Source of the DNA: Patescibacteria group bacterium
GTDB taxonomy: Bacteria > Patescibacteriota > Minisyncoccia > Phycocordibacterales > UBA9973
DNA length: 64,000 bases
Direction: 5' to 3'
Assembly: GCA_038063535.1 (NCBI GenBank)
Contig: JBBTUV010000003.1
Location: forward strand, 416 to 64,415
The notes under the pieces: generated by a model
Seen by the model: the letters and a program-made list of their open reading frames with translations, nothing else
Told to the model about the DNA's origin: nothing
Databases searched by the model: none
Translations under genes and position numbers: made by a program
Part shown: piece by piece, positions 8,114 to 17,812 of the stretch
Position numbering within the stretch: the stretch's first letter is position 1
Layout: the number at the start of each line of letters is the position of its first letter

Positions 8114-10147
8114 ATGCAAGATCACCTTGTCGAGCTCAACGAAAAACAGCGGGAGGCGGCGACGCATGTAAGCGGGCCGCTTTTGATCGTTGCCGGAGCG
8201 GGGGCAGGGAAGACAAAGACGATAACGCAGAGGATCGTGAACCTGATCAGCGGGGGCGTGGCACCGGAAAACATCCTGGCGGTGACTTTTACAAATAAAG
8301 CCGCAAAAGAAATGCGCGATCGGGTGATCGCGGAGGTGGAGAAGCTCGGCGGGCAGAGCACCCGGCCTTTTATAAGCACTTTCCACTCGCTCGGCGTACA
8401 CATAATAAAAGAAAACGCGCGAGCCCTCGGTTTCAATCGCCACTTTACGATACTCGACGAGAATGACGCGACGGCTCTCATAAAAGAAGCCATGCTCGAT
8501 CTTGAGCTTGATCCCAAGGAGCATGATCCTAGGCGGATTCGCGGAATAGTGAGTCGAGAGAAGGGTAATTTCGTCGACTCTGACGGCTTCCGCGAGCGGC
8601 TCGGAGGGGGAGCGAGCGCTATACAGAGAGTTGTCGCGCAGGTTTGGCCGCGCTATGAACGAGCAAAAGCCAAGGAAAACTCGCTTGATTTCGATGATTT
8701 ACTTCTTTTCGCGGTGAAGCTTCTTCAGGGGAAAAGGGAGGTAAGGGAAGATTATCAGGAGCGTTGGCAATACATTCATGTTGACGAATATCAGGACACG
8801 AATGAAGTGCAGTACCTTCTCACGCGCCTCCTTTCGGAGAATCATCAGAACATTTGCGTGGTCGGGGATGCCGATCAGAACATTTACTCCTGGCGGGGGG
8901 CAAACCTCCGGAACATTCTCCATTTCGAGAAAGACTATCCAGGGGCAAAAATAATTTTGCTCGAAGAAAATTACCGCTCGACCGGAAACATACTGGATGC
9001 GGCGAATGCGGTCATCAAGAAAAATAAATTCCGGCCGGAGAAAAATTTATTTACAAGAAAAAACGCAGGTGAGAAAATTTCTTTATACAGCGCTCTGGAC
9101 GAAACCGATGAAGCGGACTTCGTCGCGACGAAAATTTTGGAGATGCTCGACTCTTCCAAGAGAAGAGAAGATGTTCTTGAGAAAAGCCCTGGGAGCGCGG
9201 CGGCGCGGACACGAGGAATTTTTCAGCAGGAAAATATCCGTGCTTTTCGAGAGAATGTCTTCTCTGATATAGCTGTGCTATACCGCGCTAACTTTCAGTC
9301 GCGAGCACTTGAAGAGGCGATGCTCAATTATAATATTCCGTACCAAGTGCTTGGCGTGAAATTTTTCGAGCGAAAGGAGATAAAGGATACGCTCGCCTAC
9401 TTACGCGCGGCACTTAATCCCGCGAGCCTCTCGGACATAAAAAGAATCATCAACTTCCCACGCCGGGGGATCGGCAAGGCAACACTGGCGAAAATTTTTT
9501 CTGGCGACACCGAAAGTTTACCGGAGAAAGTTAAGATGAAAATAGAAAATTTTTACAAATTGCTCGCGGAAATTAGAAAAAAAATTGAAAGTGATAAAGC
9601 ATCTGATGTAATAAAATTCACTGTGAAAATTTCCGGCATCGAGAAGGAACTTTCCGAGGGTACGGATGAAGAGCTGGAAAAGCTTGAAAATATAAGGGAA
9701 TTAGCGACATTGGCGCTCAAGTATGATGGCCTGGAAAATGGTATTGAAAAACTTCTAGAGGAAGCGGCGCTCGCGAGCGACCAGGACTCACTCGTCATCA
9801 ATCAAGAAAAAAAGGAGAGCAAAAATGCCGTGCGCTTGATGACTGTACATGCGTCGAAGGGATTGGAATTCAAATATGTTTTTGTTGTTGGATTAGAGGA
9901 AGGATTGTTCCCCCATACGAAAAGCCGTGAAGCGAAAACGGGCGAGGACTCCGAAGAAGAGCGCCGGCTCTTCTATGTCGCGCTCACTCGCGCGAAAGAA
10001 AAACTATTCCTCTGTTATGCGGATTACCGCACCATATTCGGCTCGCGGGCAATGAACATGCCAAGCGAATTTATTTTGGACGTGCCGAAAAATCTGCTCG
10101 AGATCGAAACCGGAGAAAAAATTAAAACCGTTGACATCGATGAATAA
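8114..10147 (+). CDS. pcrA: ATP-dependent DNA helicase PcrA/UvrD
   Basis: AGAGAGKT, VDEYQDTN, VGDADQNIYSWRGA, LEENYRS, TVHASKGLEF, EEERRLFYVALTRA. ATG 8114 lies 6 nt after TGCTATAGT. Confidence 0.97.
   Translation: MQDHLVELNEKQREAATHVSGPLLIVAGAGAGKTKTITQRIVNLISGGVAPENILAVTFTNKAAKEMRDRVIAEVEKLGGQSTRPFISTFHSLGVHIIKENARALGFNRHFTILDENDATALIKEAMLDLELDPKEHDPRRIRGIVSREKGNFVDSDGFRERLGGGASAIQRVVAQVWPRYERAKAKENSLDFDDLLLFAVKLLQGKREVREDYQERWQYIHVDEYQDTNEVQYLLTRLLSENHQNICVVGDADQNIYSWRGANLRNILHFEKDYPGAKIILLEENYRSTGNILDAANAVIKKNKFRPEKNLFTRKNAGEKISLYSALDETDEADFVATKILEMLDSSKRREDVLEKSPGSAAARTRGIFQQENIRAFRENVFSDIAVLYRANFQSRALEEAMLNYNIPYQVLGVKFFERKEIKDTLAYLRAALNPASLSDIKRIINFPRRGIGKATLAKIFSGDTESLPEKVKMKIENFYKLLAEIRKKIESDKASDVIKFTVKISGIEKELSEGTDEELEKLENIRELATLALKYDGLENGIEKLLEEAALASDQDSLVINQEKKESKNAVRLMTVHASKGLEFKYVFVVGLEEGLFPHTKSREAKTGEDSEEERRLFYVALTRAKEKLFLCYADYRTIFGSRAMNMPSEFILDVPKNLLEIETGEKIKTVDIDE
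9164..9265 (+). repeat. 102-nt palindromic element inserted in frame in pcrA
   Basis: Nested inverted repeats AGAGAAGATGTTCT/AGAATGTCTTCTCT, GAAAAGC/GCTTTTC, GCGGA/TCCGT, ATTTTTC-AGCA-GGAAAAT; adds about 34 aa before DIAVLYR. Confidence 0.75.
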
Positions 10148-10928
10148 AAAATTCGCGAAAAAATCCAAAAAAGCTCTCGGCCAGAATTTTTTAAAATCGA
10201 GAGATGCACTTTCTAAAATAATTTCGGCCGGCGAGCTCATGAAAGAAGACACAGTGCTCGAAATCGGCCCCGGGAAAGGAATCCTGACCGAGGAATTGCT
10301 TAAATATGCAGGAAAGGTGACCGCAGTTGAAAAAGATCGCGAACTTTTCGCATATCTTTCCGAAAAATTCAGGGGTGAGATAAAAAAAGAGAAATTAATT
10401 TTAGTGAATGATGATATTCTGAATCTGGAAGCCAGTAGCCTAGTGCCTAGTGCCTACAAAATAATTGCAAACATCCCTTACAACATCACCGGCGCGATAC
10501 TGAAAAAATTCCTGACTGAAGAAGATCAGCCGGAGCGCATGGTACTCTTGGTGCAGAAAGAGGTAGCGGAAAGGATCATCGCGCGTGACGAAAAAGAAAG
10601 CATTCTCTCGATCTCTGTGAAATCATACGGCACACCGAATATCGTCGGGAAGGTGTCGGCAAGATACTTTTCCCCAGCTCCGAAAGTGGACAGCGCAATC
10701 ATCGTTATCGGAGACATTTCTCGGCAGTTTTTCAAAGAAAATGGCTTGAAAGAGAAGAAATTTTGGGAAATTGTCAGAAAAGGCTTTGCGCATAAGCGCA
10801 AAAAACTATCGGGCAACTTGAAAAATTCGGTTCCGGCGCTGGTTTTAGCGGAGCTTTCCGACAAAAGAGCGGAGAACTTGAGCCTTGAAGACTGGGCGAG
10901 GCTCGCAAAATGGGATTTAGACAGCTAG
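10140..10928 (+). CDS. rsmA: 16S rRNA m6,2A dimethyltransferase
   Basis: KKALGQNFL, VLEIGPGKG, ANIPYNIT, VQKEVAERI, F.PAPKVDSA. Confidence 0.97.
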   Translation: MNKKFAKKSKKALGQNFLKSRDALSKIISAGELMKEDTVLEIGPGKGILTEELLKYAGKVTAVEKDRELFAYLSEKFRGEIKKEKLILVNDDILNLEASSLVPSAYKIIANIPYNITGAILKKFLTEEDQPERMVLLVQKEVAERIIARDEKESILSISVKSYGTPNIVGKVSARYFSPAPKVDSAIIVIGDISRQFFKENGLKEKKFWEIVRKGFAHKRKKLSGNLKNSVPALVLAELSDKRAENLSLEDWARLAKWDLDS

Positions 10929-10961
10929 CTTTGATATAATAAATACATAATTAAAGAGTTT

Positions 10962-11876
10962 TTGGTAAAAAACAAAAGGGTCGTCCTCATCGCTTTTGCG
11001 GTACTTTTTCTTGTGCTGCTTCTGTTCTCAAGATCGAGCTCGAAGTGGAGCGCGACGTCCCCGGTTTCGGAGAATGGCCTCGTCTATGGCAGTGAATCGG
11101 TTGGCGCCCTCCTAGCGAAAGACACCGACGGCGACGGAGTGTTCGATTGGGAGGAAGGACTCTGGGGCACGGACCCCTTGAAACCCGATACGGACGGAGA
11201 CGGGGAGTCGGACCAGAACCAAATCGCAAAAATGAAGGCCGAGCGGGTGGCTGGCGCAGAAGCCAGCGGAGAAATATCCTATGCCGAAGAAGGAAGTCTG
11301 ACCCAGACCGACAAATTCGCTCGAGAACTTTTCACCACTGTCGTTGCCTTGAGCCAAGCGGGTGACGTCGATGACGGCACAGTGGCCGACATCACTGCCT
11401 CTCTGGCTACGCAGATTCAGAACCCGGCACAGAGAAAAGTCTTTACCTCGGCGGACTTGAAAATAATAAGCGATAACAGCACGCAATCTTTTATGAATTA
11501 CAGCAACGACACCGACAAGATTTTTGTCGGTAAGTATCCATTTGATGAGAAAGTCGCCGATATTTTGATAAAATTCTCTGAAGGGGAAGGGGAAGGGGAC
11601 GCCGCGGTCCTTGTAGAACTTGATCCAATAATAAAAAATCTTGCTGGTATGGTGACTGGGATGACGACAATAAATATTCCTTCGGAAATTGCTACCTATC
11701 ACTTGGCTGTTACGAATAGTCTGGAGAAAATTTACGAGAATCTGAGCGATATCAGGCTCATAGATAGCGACCCGGTCCTTTCGATAGGCGCGATAAGTAC
11801 ATATTCTGACAATCTTGAAGCTCTAGATACATCGATTGTCGCTGAATTAAAAGCAATTATGGATAAATTCCAATAA
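10962..11876 (+). CDS. Membrane-anchored protein with Ca-binding DxDxDG (TSP3-like) repeat; first gene of T4SS-like operon
   Basis: N-terminal TM, DTDGDGVFDWEEGLWGTDP..PDTDGDG; possible ATA start at 10947. Confidence 0.75.
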   Translation: MVKNKRVVLIAFAVLFLVLLLFSRSSSKWSATSPVSENGLVYGSESVGALLAKDTDGDGVFDWEEGLWGTDPLKPDTDGDGESDQNQIAKMKAERVAGAEASGEISYAEEGSLTQTDKFARELFTTVVALSQAGDVDDGTVADITASLATQIQNPAQRKVFTSADLKIISDNSTQSFMNYSNDTDKIFVGKYPFDEKVADILIKFSEGEGEGDAAVLVELDPIIKNLAGMVTGMTTINIPSEIATYHLAVTNSLEKIYENLSDIRLIDSDPVLSIGAISTYSDNLEALDTSIVAELKAIMDKFQ

Positions 11877-11877
11877 T

Positions 11878-14361
11878 ATGATTTTTAAAAATCAAAAAAT
11901 ACAAAAGTTTCTTGCCGCACTGGTCTTGGTGGCGATTTTGGCAACTCCCATGATGATTCCGAGGAAAGCCGATGCTCTTTTTGGAGTCGGGGATATTTCC
12001 TTCGATCCCGCCGTCTTTTTGAACACCCTAGTGAGCAAAATTCAAGACGTCATTAAGCTAAAAATAAAATTCAAAGAAATTCTCAATGAGATTTTAAACA
12101 AAATTTCAAAGAAGATTGCGATGCGCGCGCTTACCAGGATGACCGAAAGCACGGTGACCTGGATAAACAGCGGCTTCCACGGCAAGCCCTTATTCTTACA
12201 AAACCCGGATACCTTTTTCGGCGACATTACCAAATTTGAAATCAGAAAGCTGGTGGATGTTTACGGCTACAACTCTTCCCGATATCCGTTCGGCAAGCAG
12301 TGGTCACTGGACGTTATCAACGCATACAAGGGCCGACTTCAAAACAACGCCTCATACAGCTTGAGTAATCTAATTCAAGATGAAGTATATTTAAACAGCT
12401 ATCGCTCGAACTTCGCAGTCGGCGGCTGGAATGGATTTCTTCTGCAAACTCAGTACCCGGAAAACAACTATATCGGCTTTACCATGCTTGCGAATGAAGA
12501 GCTGGCTCGCAGGCTCAACACCGACCCTAATGCAAACAACGAGATCGGAAAAGTAAAAACGACTCTGCAGCAAGGCTTAGGCTTCCTTTCCCCGCAGACT
12601 TGCAGTTCGAACCCGGGCCTGACTCGAAACCCATACGCTCCTCCTGATTTTAAATTTAACGAAGAGTATAAACCTCCGGAGGTATTTAGTAGGGAAAGTT
12701 ATATGAAAACGGACGCGAACACAGGCCTTCGCGTTCCCGATGATGCGGCTTACCTAGCAGATGTAGCGGCTAAAAGATTGTATGATAGTGGATACAACTC
12801 AAGAAAAGGAATCTCGCAAATTAACTGGACGAATAACAATACTTGCACGGGCGGATGGGTAAATACTACTCCCGGTTCGGTGGTGGCTGGCAAGATCACC
12901 GAGGCACTTAACGTCCCAGAAAACCAGACCGGTTGGAAGGCGGTGATCGGAGGGAGTCTCGCATCGATCTTTGATTCGCTCTTAAACAAATTCCTCGGTT
13001 CGGGCTTGGACGCCCTGGCAAGCAAGATCAACCCGCCGGCGGAGAAACCCGACAACTGGGACTACCTCGGCAATACTCTAGGAAGTCCGGCTACATATAA
13101 CCCATATAACGACAGCCCATTCGGCGGGCCGGATGAAGTTATAGTGCTTGACGAATTCAAGACAGCAGTAGATCAGGGGATTGCCGCAACTCGGGAAGAG
13201 CTCGCACTTCTCGATAACCCGAATTCAATCCAATACGGCGCGATTCAATACCTCTCCGCCATCTGGCCAAAAGTGCGTCAGCTCGACATTTGCCTGCCGG
13301 GCCCGAACTACAAATGGGAAGAAAGGTTCGATGAAGATATAAGGAACACGAGCATGAACTGGAATAAAAAAGCGAAAGATGATGGGGAAAAATTGCGGGA
13401 GGTCGGAGTAATCATCAAAGAGCTTCAATTTGCCGCCGATTTCTTCAAAGATTGGATTCGCAATCAAATGATAACGTCACTTCCGAGCGCTTTCTTTTTC
13501 CTAGATACGATTAACGAAACCGAAGCGAACGATACCCTCGTCATGGAGATAGTCAACGCAAAGAGACTTAAGGCTAAAGCCCTTCCCGCTCTTATTGCGA
13601 TCCAGGGAGCGCTCAATTCAGAAGAATTCAACGTTCAGCCCGAAGCAGGGACCCCGGCAGAAAAAAGACTTATAGACTTAAAAAAACAGTACAATATCAT
13701 TGCATATTCAATCTCAAACTCCGACACGATCGAGGAGGCTCGCGCGCAACTCAAAAGTTTAATTAATAAACTGTCAGACTTAAACAGTCTCACCGCCCAG
13801 TGTGCGACTGAAAGAAAAAACTCTCCTGACAAATGGAACCTTGTCGCCAATTGGGACGATCCTTATGGAACGAAGAGTTTTAAGGCGAGTGAAAAAGGAA
13901 AAAACATAAGAGTAAACGCTGTCAGAAAATCTGACGGGGTTTACTCAAGCATTATAATGAACTATACAACTAGTGGAACTGAACGGGAGCAGTTCTGTTC
14001 CCTTCCAGTGCTAAACGGGTATACCCATGAGATGTTTGTAAATGCGATGGACCCAAGAGAGGGGGGAACCAATGTCATATACCCTGAAATTCCTCGGGTC
14101 GCTGGCGCGATAAGAACTGAAACGGTGGGCAGTTCCGTGATTCTTTTTAACTGTAACGATATTTTCCGCTCTTACCCGCTCGACTACAAAGGAAACATTC
14201 CGGGCCAGCTGACGATTGACCCACCACCACCAGCCGACCCACTTATCGATAGTACGCCAGACGGCGGAACACCGCCGCCGGGGACACCATGCGACCCGGC
14301 GACTGACCCGAGCTGTGTGCCAGCCGGTTGTGGTGGCACGGGACAGATCGCGTGCACGTAG
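11878..14361 (+). CDS. Large secreted hypothetical protein of the T4SS-like operon
   Basis: Signal peptide (..PRKADA), WINSGF.G.P.F.QNP motif, paired Cys, helical middle, Pro/Cys-rich tail. Confidence 0.7.
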   Translation: MIFKNQKIQKFLAALVLVAILATPMMIPRKADALFGVGDISFDPAVFLNTLVSKIQDVIKLKIKFKEILNEILNKISKKIAMRALTRMTESTVTWINSGFHGKPLFLQNPDTFFGDITKFEIRKLVDVYGYNSSRYPFGKQWSLDVINAYKGRLQNNASYSLSNLIQDEVYLNSYRSNFAVGGWNGFLLQTQYPENNYIGFTMLANEELARRLNTDPNANNEIGKVKTTLQQGLGFLSPQTCSSNPGLTRNPYAPPDFKFNEEYKPPEVFSRESYMKTDANTGLRVPDDAAYLADVAAKRLYDSGYNSRKGISQINWTNNNTCTGGWVNTTPGSVVAGKITEALNVPENQTGWKAVIGGSLASIFDSLLNKFLGSGLDALASKINPPAEKPDNWDYLGNTLGSPATYNPYNDSPFGGPDEVIVLDEFKTAVDQGIAATREELALLDNPNSIQYGAIQYLSAIWPKVRQLDICLPGPNYKWEERFDEDIRNTSMNWNKKAKDDGEKLREVGVIIKELQFAADFFKDWIRNQMITSLPSAFFFLDTINETEANDTLVMEIVNAKRLKAKALPALIAIQGALNSEEFNVQPEAGTPAEKRLIDLKKQYNIIAYSISNSDTIEEARAQLKSLINKLSDLNSLTAQCATERKNSPDKWNLVANWDDPYGTKSFKASEKGKNIRVNAVRKSDGVYSSIIMNYTTSGTEREQFCSLPVLNGYTHEMFVNAMDPREGGTNVIYPEIPRVAGAIRTETVGSSVILFNCNDIFRSYPLDYKGNIPGQLTIDPPPPADPLIDSTPDGGTPPPGTPCDPATDPSCVPAGCGGTGQIACT

Positions 14362-14379
14362 AGTTTTAGATTGAACTTT

Positions 14380-16830
14380 ATGAACTTGAGGAACTTTAAA
14401 AATTTTATAACTCCGCTCCTTCTCTTCTCAATCGCCTTGAGCATGTTCGCTGTGCCAGTAGGAACAAATTTAGAGAAAAATACAGCCCTTGCTGCAGAAT
14501 GTACTGGAGTGGATGGGAATGGGAATCCTGTTCCTGCTGGATGCACTCTTCCTCTTGGCACATGCACTTATACATTCAACGGGGAAACAAAAACAGGGAG
14601 GGTAACTGAACAATATTGTAAAAGTCCGGCTGGGTACAATAATACTTCTTTGGGATACCAGTTCGTGAGTTGGGTAAAATCGGGAAACCAAAACGCTGCT
14701 CCCTTGGCGGATCCGGCAAATGAAGCACTCGCAAACGCAGAAAATCAAAAAAAACCTGGACTGGAAGGTGAGCTTCAAGAATGCGGATTTGGGTTCAAGG
14801 GTTCCATCTTCCCCGGATGTTTTCAGCAGCTTAGTTACATTCTTTTTGTAACGGTCCCGTCTTTTTTGATGGGGGTAACCGCCAATTTTTTTAATTTCAT
14901 GGCGGCGCTGACGCTGACATCTGATTTATACAATAGTGGGTTCATAGCCCAAATCTGGAAAGTTGTGCGTGACTTCGCAAATATATTCTTTATCCTCATT
15001 CTTCTTTATGCCGCCTTTAGTATTATCTTAAATCTTGGGCATGGTGGAGGAAAGAAAATTATAGCGAACGTGATAATCATCGCGCTCCTTGTGAACTTCA
15101 GCCTATTCATGGCAAGGGTTGTCATAGACGCCTCTAACATCGTCGCTCTCATTTTTTACAACCGAGTTGAAGTGCAATGCGCTGATGGGACAGATTCCTG
15201 TTACAAAAGAATCATAAATAAGGATGGCGCAAAAGTACAGGACAAAGACATGGCTGGTGCCCTTGTTTCGCCATACAAAATTACAACTTTTTTTAGTGAT
15301 GACACAATTAAGAATTTAAAGGCTGCTATTAACAAGGACACTACGGGCCAAGTAGAATCGGGTTCTGGGCAGACTCTCGGTAAATTGACCCCGTATTTTA
15401 TTATAGGGATAATGATAGCCTATGGATTGGTAGCCTTCGCGCTGACTTATGCATTTCTAGTCGCAGGTCTCGCATTCCTAGTAAGGATTATCAACCTCAT
15501 CATGCTGATGGTCGTGGCTCCCTTTGCTTTTGTTTCTTTTGCAGTACCAAAATTCAGGAGCATCGATACGATCGGCTTTGATAGCTGGATAAAAAAGCTT
15601 TTCGAGTCAGCTTTTGTCGCTGCAATATTTATCTTTATCCTTTACATAATTTCTCAAGTCCTTAAAGCTGATATATTTGCGACTTATGCCACCGAAAATC
15701 CGGGAGGGGGGTTCTTCCGAGCTCTGCTTCTTGTTTTTATCCCGGCAATTCTCGTCGTCATCATGCTACTCAAAGGCGCGAAGTATGCAAAGAAAGCCTC
15801 TGGCGAATTCACCGGAGCGATCATCGGCGGAGCGAAAATGCTTGGCGGTGCTGCACTTGGTGCTGGACTGGGAGTTGCAGCGCTGGCTGGCACGCAAACT
15901 TTAGGAAGGGCTGGGATGGCTGCCGCGAATAGTGATAAATTGCGAAAAGACGCAATCGAAGGAAAAGGTTTTGCAAAGATCAGGGCAAAAGCACTATTGG
16001 GAGCGGGGAATTTCCTAGGCAAGAGAAGCTACGACGTCCGCCAAGTTGGCTTGGCGAAGACTGCCGCCGGCAAGGCTGGAATTAAGCTCGCAGACAAAGG
16101 ATTGGGGGCGCTTGGGACTAAATCTTTTGAAAAAGGAAGAAGGGGGCAAATAGAGCGTAAAATTGAAAAGAATGAGGAAAAAATCACGCAGACAGTGCTA
16201 CTAACCCGCGCTGCTGCCAATGCGCAAGATAACAGGGCAGCACAAGCGAAGGCTCAAAACATTCGTGCGGCCCAATACGAAACAGATAAAGAAAAAGCCA
16301 GCAAGAGTCCTAGTGGAGCGAAAAACCCGTTTTTCGATGAATCAGAATTCCGAGCGGCTTACGAGAAAGAACACGGAAGCGTCGATAAAGTCGAACCTGT
16401 GAAAACAGCAGCAGATGTGAATAAAGAACGTAGGGAAGCCTTCGCAATTAGTCTGCAAGAAGGCGGGGTCTTGAAACAAATTATGCGGGGAATTGGAAAA
16501 ATGATTCCGGTTGGCGCGGGGACAGTAGCGACAGGAGCGGTGGCCGGTTCAATCGGAGCGGGGGCACTGGCCGGAGGAATGCTAATGGTTGGGGGAGGAG
16601 TTCTAATGGCGATAAAATCGGGAATAGACAAACTTGATAGAACTACGGCAGAAGTAGCGGCGGCGGCAAGAAAAGGTCCAACCGACTTCCAGAAATTAAT
16701 TAAGGAGGTCACAAAAATGAAAGAAGGGGGAGAAAAAGGTACCGAAAAACTAGGGGGAGAAATTAAAAAGGCTGAAGAGGAACACAAAAAAGAACATGAA
16801 GAGGAGGGACATGAGGAAAAGGGGCATTAA
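14380..16830 (+). CDS. VirB6/TrbL-like polytopic membrane protein
   Basis: WKVVRDFANIFFILILLY...IIIALLVNFSLF..RVVIDASN and R..NL..L..VAPFAF; multiple TMs; Gly/Ala-rich then charged tail. Confidence 0.8.
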   Translation: MNLRNFKNFITPLLLFSIALSMFAVPVGTNLEKNTALAAECTGVDGNGNPVPAGCTLPLGTCTYTFNGETKTGRVTEQYCKSPAGYNNTSLGYQFVSWVKSGNQNAAPLADPANEALANAENQKKPGLEGELQECGFGFKGSIFPGCFQQLSYILFVTVPSFLMGVTANFFNFMAALTLTSDLYNSGFIAQIWKVVRDFANIFFILILLYAAFSIILNLGHGGGKKIIANVIIIALLVNFSLFMARVVIDASNIVALIFYNRVEVQCADGTDSCYKRIINKDGAKVQDKDMAGALVSPYKITTFFSDDTIKNLKAAINKDTTGQVESGSGQTLGKLTPYFIIGIMIAYGLVAFALTYAFLVAGLAFLVRIINLIMLMVVAPFAFVSFAVPKFRSIDTIGFDSWIKKLFESAFVAAIFIFILYIISQVLKADIFATYATENPGGGFFRALLLVFIPAILVVIMLLKGAKYAKKASGEFTGAIIGGAKMLGGAALGAGLGVAALAGTQTLGRAGMAAANSDKLRKDAIEGKGFAKIRAKALLGAGNFLGKRSYDVRQVGLAKTAAGKAGIKLADKGLGALGTKSFEKGRRGQIERKIEKNEEKITQTVLLTRAAANAQDNRAAQAKAQNIRAAQYETDKEKASKSPSGAKNPFFDESEFRAAYEKEHGSVDKVEPVKTAADVNKERREAFAISLQEGGVLKQIMRGIGKMIPVGAGTVATGAVAGSIGAGALAGGMLMVGGGVLMAIKSGIDKLDRTTAEVAAAARKGPTDFQKLIKEVTKMKEGGEKGTEKLGGEIKKAEEEHKKEHEEEGHEEKGH

Positions 16831-16846
16831 AAATTAAAGTTGATTT

Positions 16847-17404
16847 ATGGACGAAGAAACAATAAAAAAAATAAAGGAAAGATACGACATGTTGCCAGAG
16901 AGCATCAAGGAAATTATCATGTCTTCGAATTATCAAGATACTCTGATTGAGCTTGGCAAAAAATATAACCTCAACGTGGGGCAACTTGGAATTCTCGAGC
17001 GAGAAACTACTATGGTGCTCATGGGACTCACCAATCCCGACAACTTTCAGACAGAGATTATCCGAGAGATGGATGTTGACGCGGAAAGAGGCAGACAGAT
17101 AGTCAAAGAGATTAATGAAGAAATTTTCGCGCGAATTAGAGACCTGCTCAAGTTGATGAACACGCCCCCGGGAGAAGAACCAAAGCTTGATGAGGAAACT
17201 CCTGCGCCGAGCCCGGAGATACTGAAGGCGGCAGGGGTTACCGCAGCTGCGCCGGATCTAAGTAAGCCCGAACTTCCGGCTGGGATGCTCGCGCAAAAAT
17301 TGTCCGGCTCGTTTCAAATTCCATCCGTCACCACTGATCACACGACACCGAATGTAACACCGGAAAAACCAAAGGTCGACCCATATCGAGAACCGCTGGA
17401 GTAG
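16847..17404 (+). CDS. Conserved CPR hypothetical protein
   Basis: LPE.IKE.I...L.E.GKKY.L...Q.G.LE.ET..V.MG helical domain and C-terminal DPYREPLE. Confidence 0.7.
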   Translation: MDEETIKKIKERYDMLPESIKEIIMSSNYQDTLIELGKKYNLNVGQLGILERETTMVLMGLTNPDNFQTEIIREMDVDAERGRQIVKEINEEIFARIRDLLKLMNTPPGEEPKLDEETPAPSPEILKAAGVTAAAPDLSKPELPAGMLAQKLSGSFQIPSVTTDHTTPNVTPEKPKVDPYREPLE

Positions 17405-17406
17405 CA

Positions 17407-17811
17407 ATGCAATTCAAAGTTCCACAATTTTTAGAAATAGAAGACAAAATTTTCGGGCCTTTTACCTTCAAGCAATTCGTCTACCTGGTAGGCGGGGCGG
17501 GAATATGCTTTGTGCTCTACCGAGTGCTTGGCTTTGTTCTCGGCGCAATTCCGATCCTCGCGATCGGCGGCTTCGCCGCCATGCTCGCTTTCTACCGGCC
17601 GAACGGCAAACCATTCCTCTTCATGGTCGAGTCGGGATTTAAATACATATTCCAGAGCAAGCTCTATATTTGGAAAGCGGAGACAGATATGCCGAGAGAG
17701 GCCACAAAGAAAGAAATGCTCCCCGTTGAATCTCTTGAAGCGCGCCTCTCCGGATCTAAGCTTCGCGATTTGGCTTGGTCGCTAGACGTTTTAGATCTGA
17801 AAAAACAATAA
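17407..17811 (+). CDS. PrgI family (VirB3-like) protein
   Basis: MQFKVPQFLEIEDKIFGPFTFKQF, two TMs, YIWK. Confidence 0.88.
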   Translation: MQFKVPQFLEIEDKIFGPFTFKQFVYLVGGAGICFVLYRVLGFVLGAIPILAIGGFAAMLAFYRPNGKPFLFMVESGFKYIFQSKLYIWKAETDMPREATKKEMLPVESLEARLSGSKLRDLAWSLDVLDLKKQ

Positions 17812-17812
17812 C

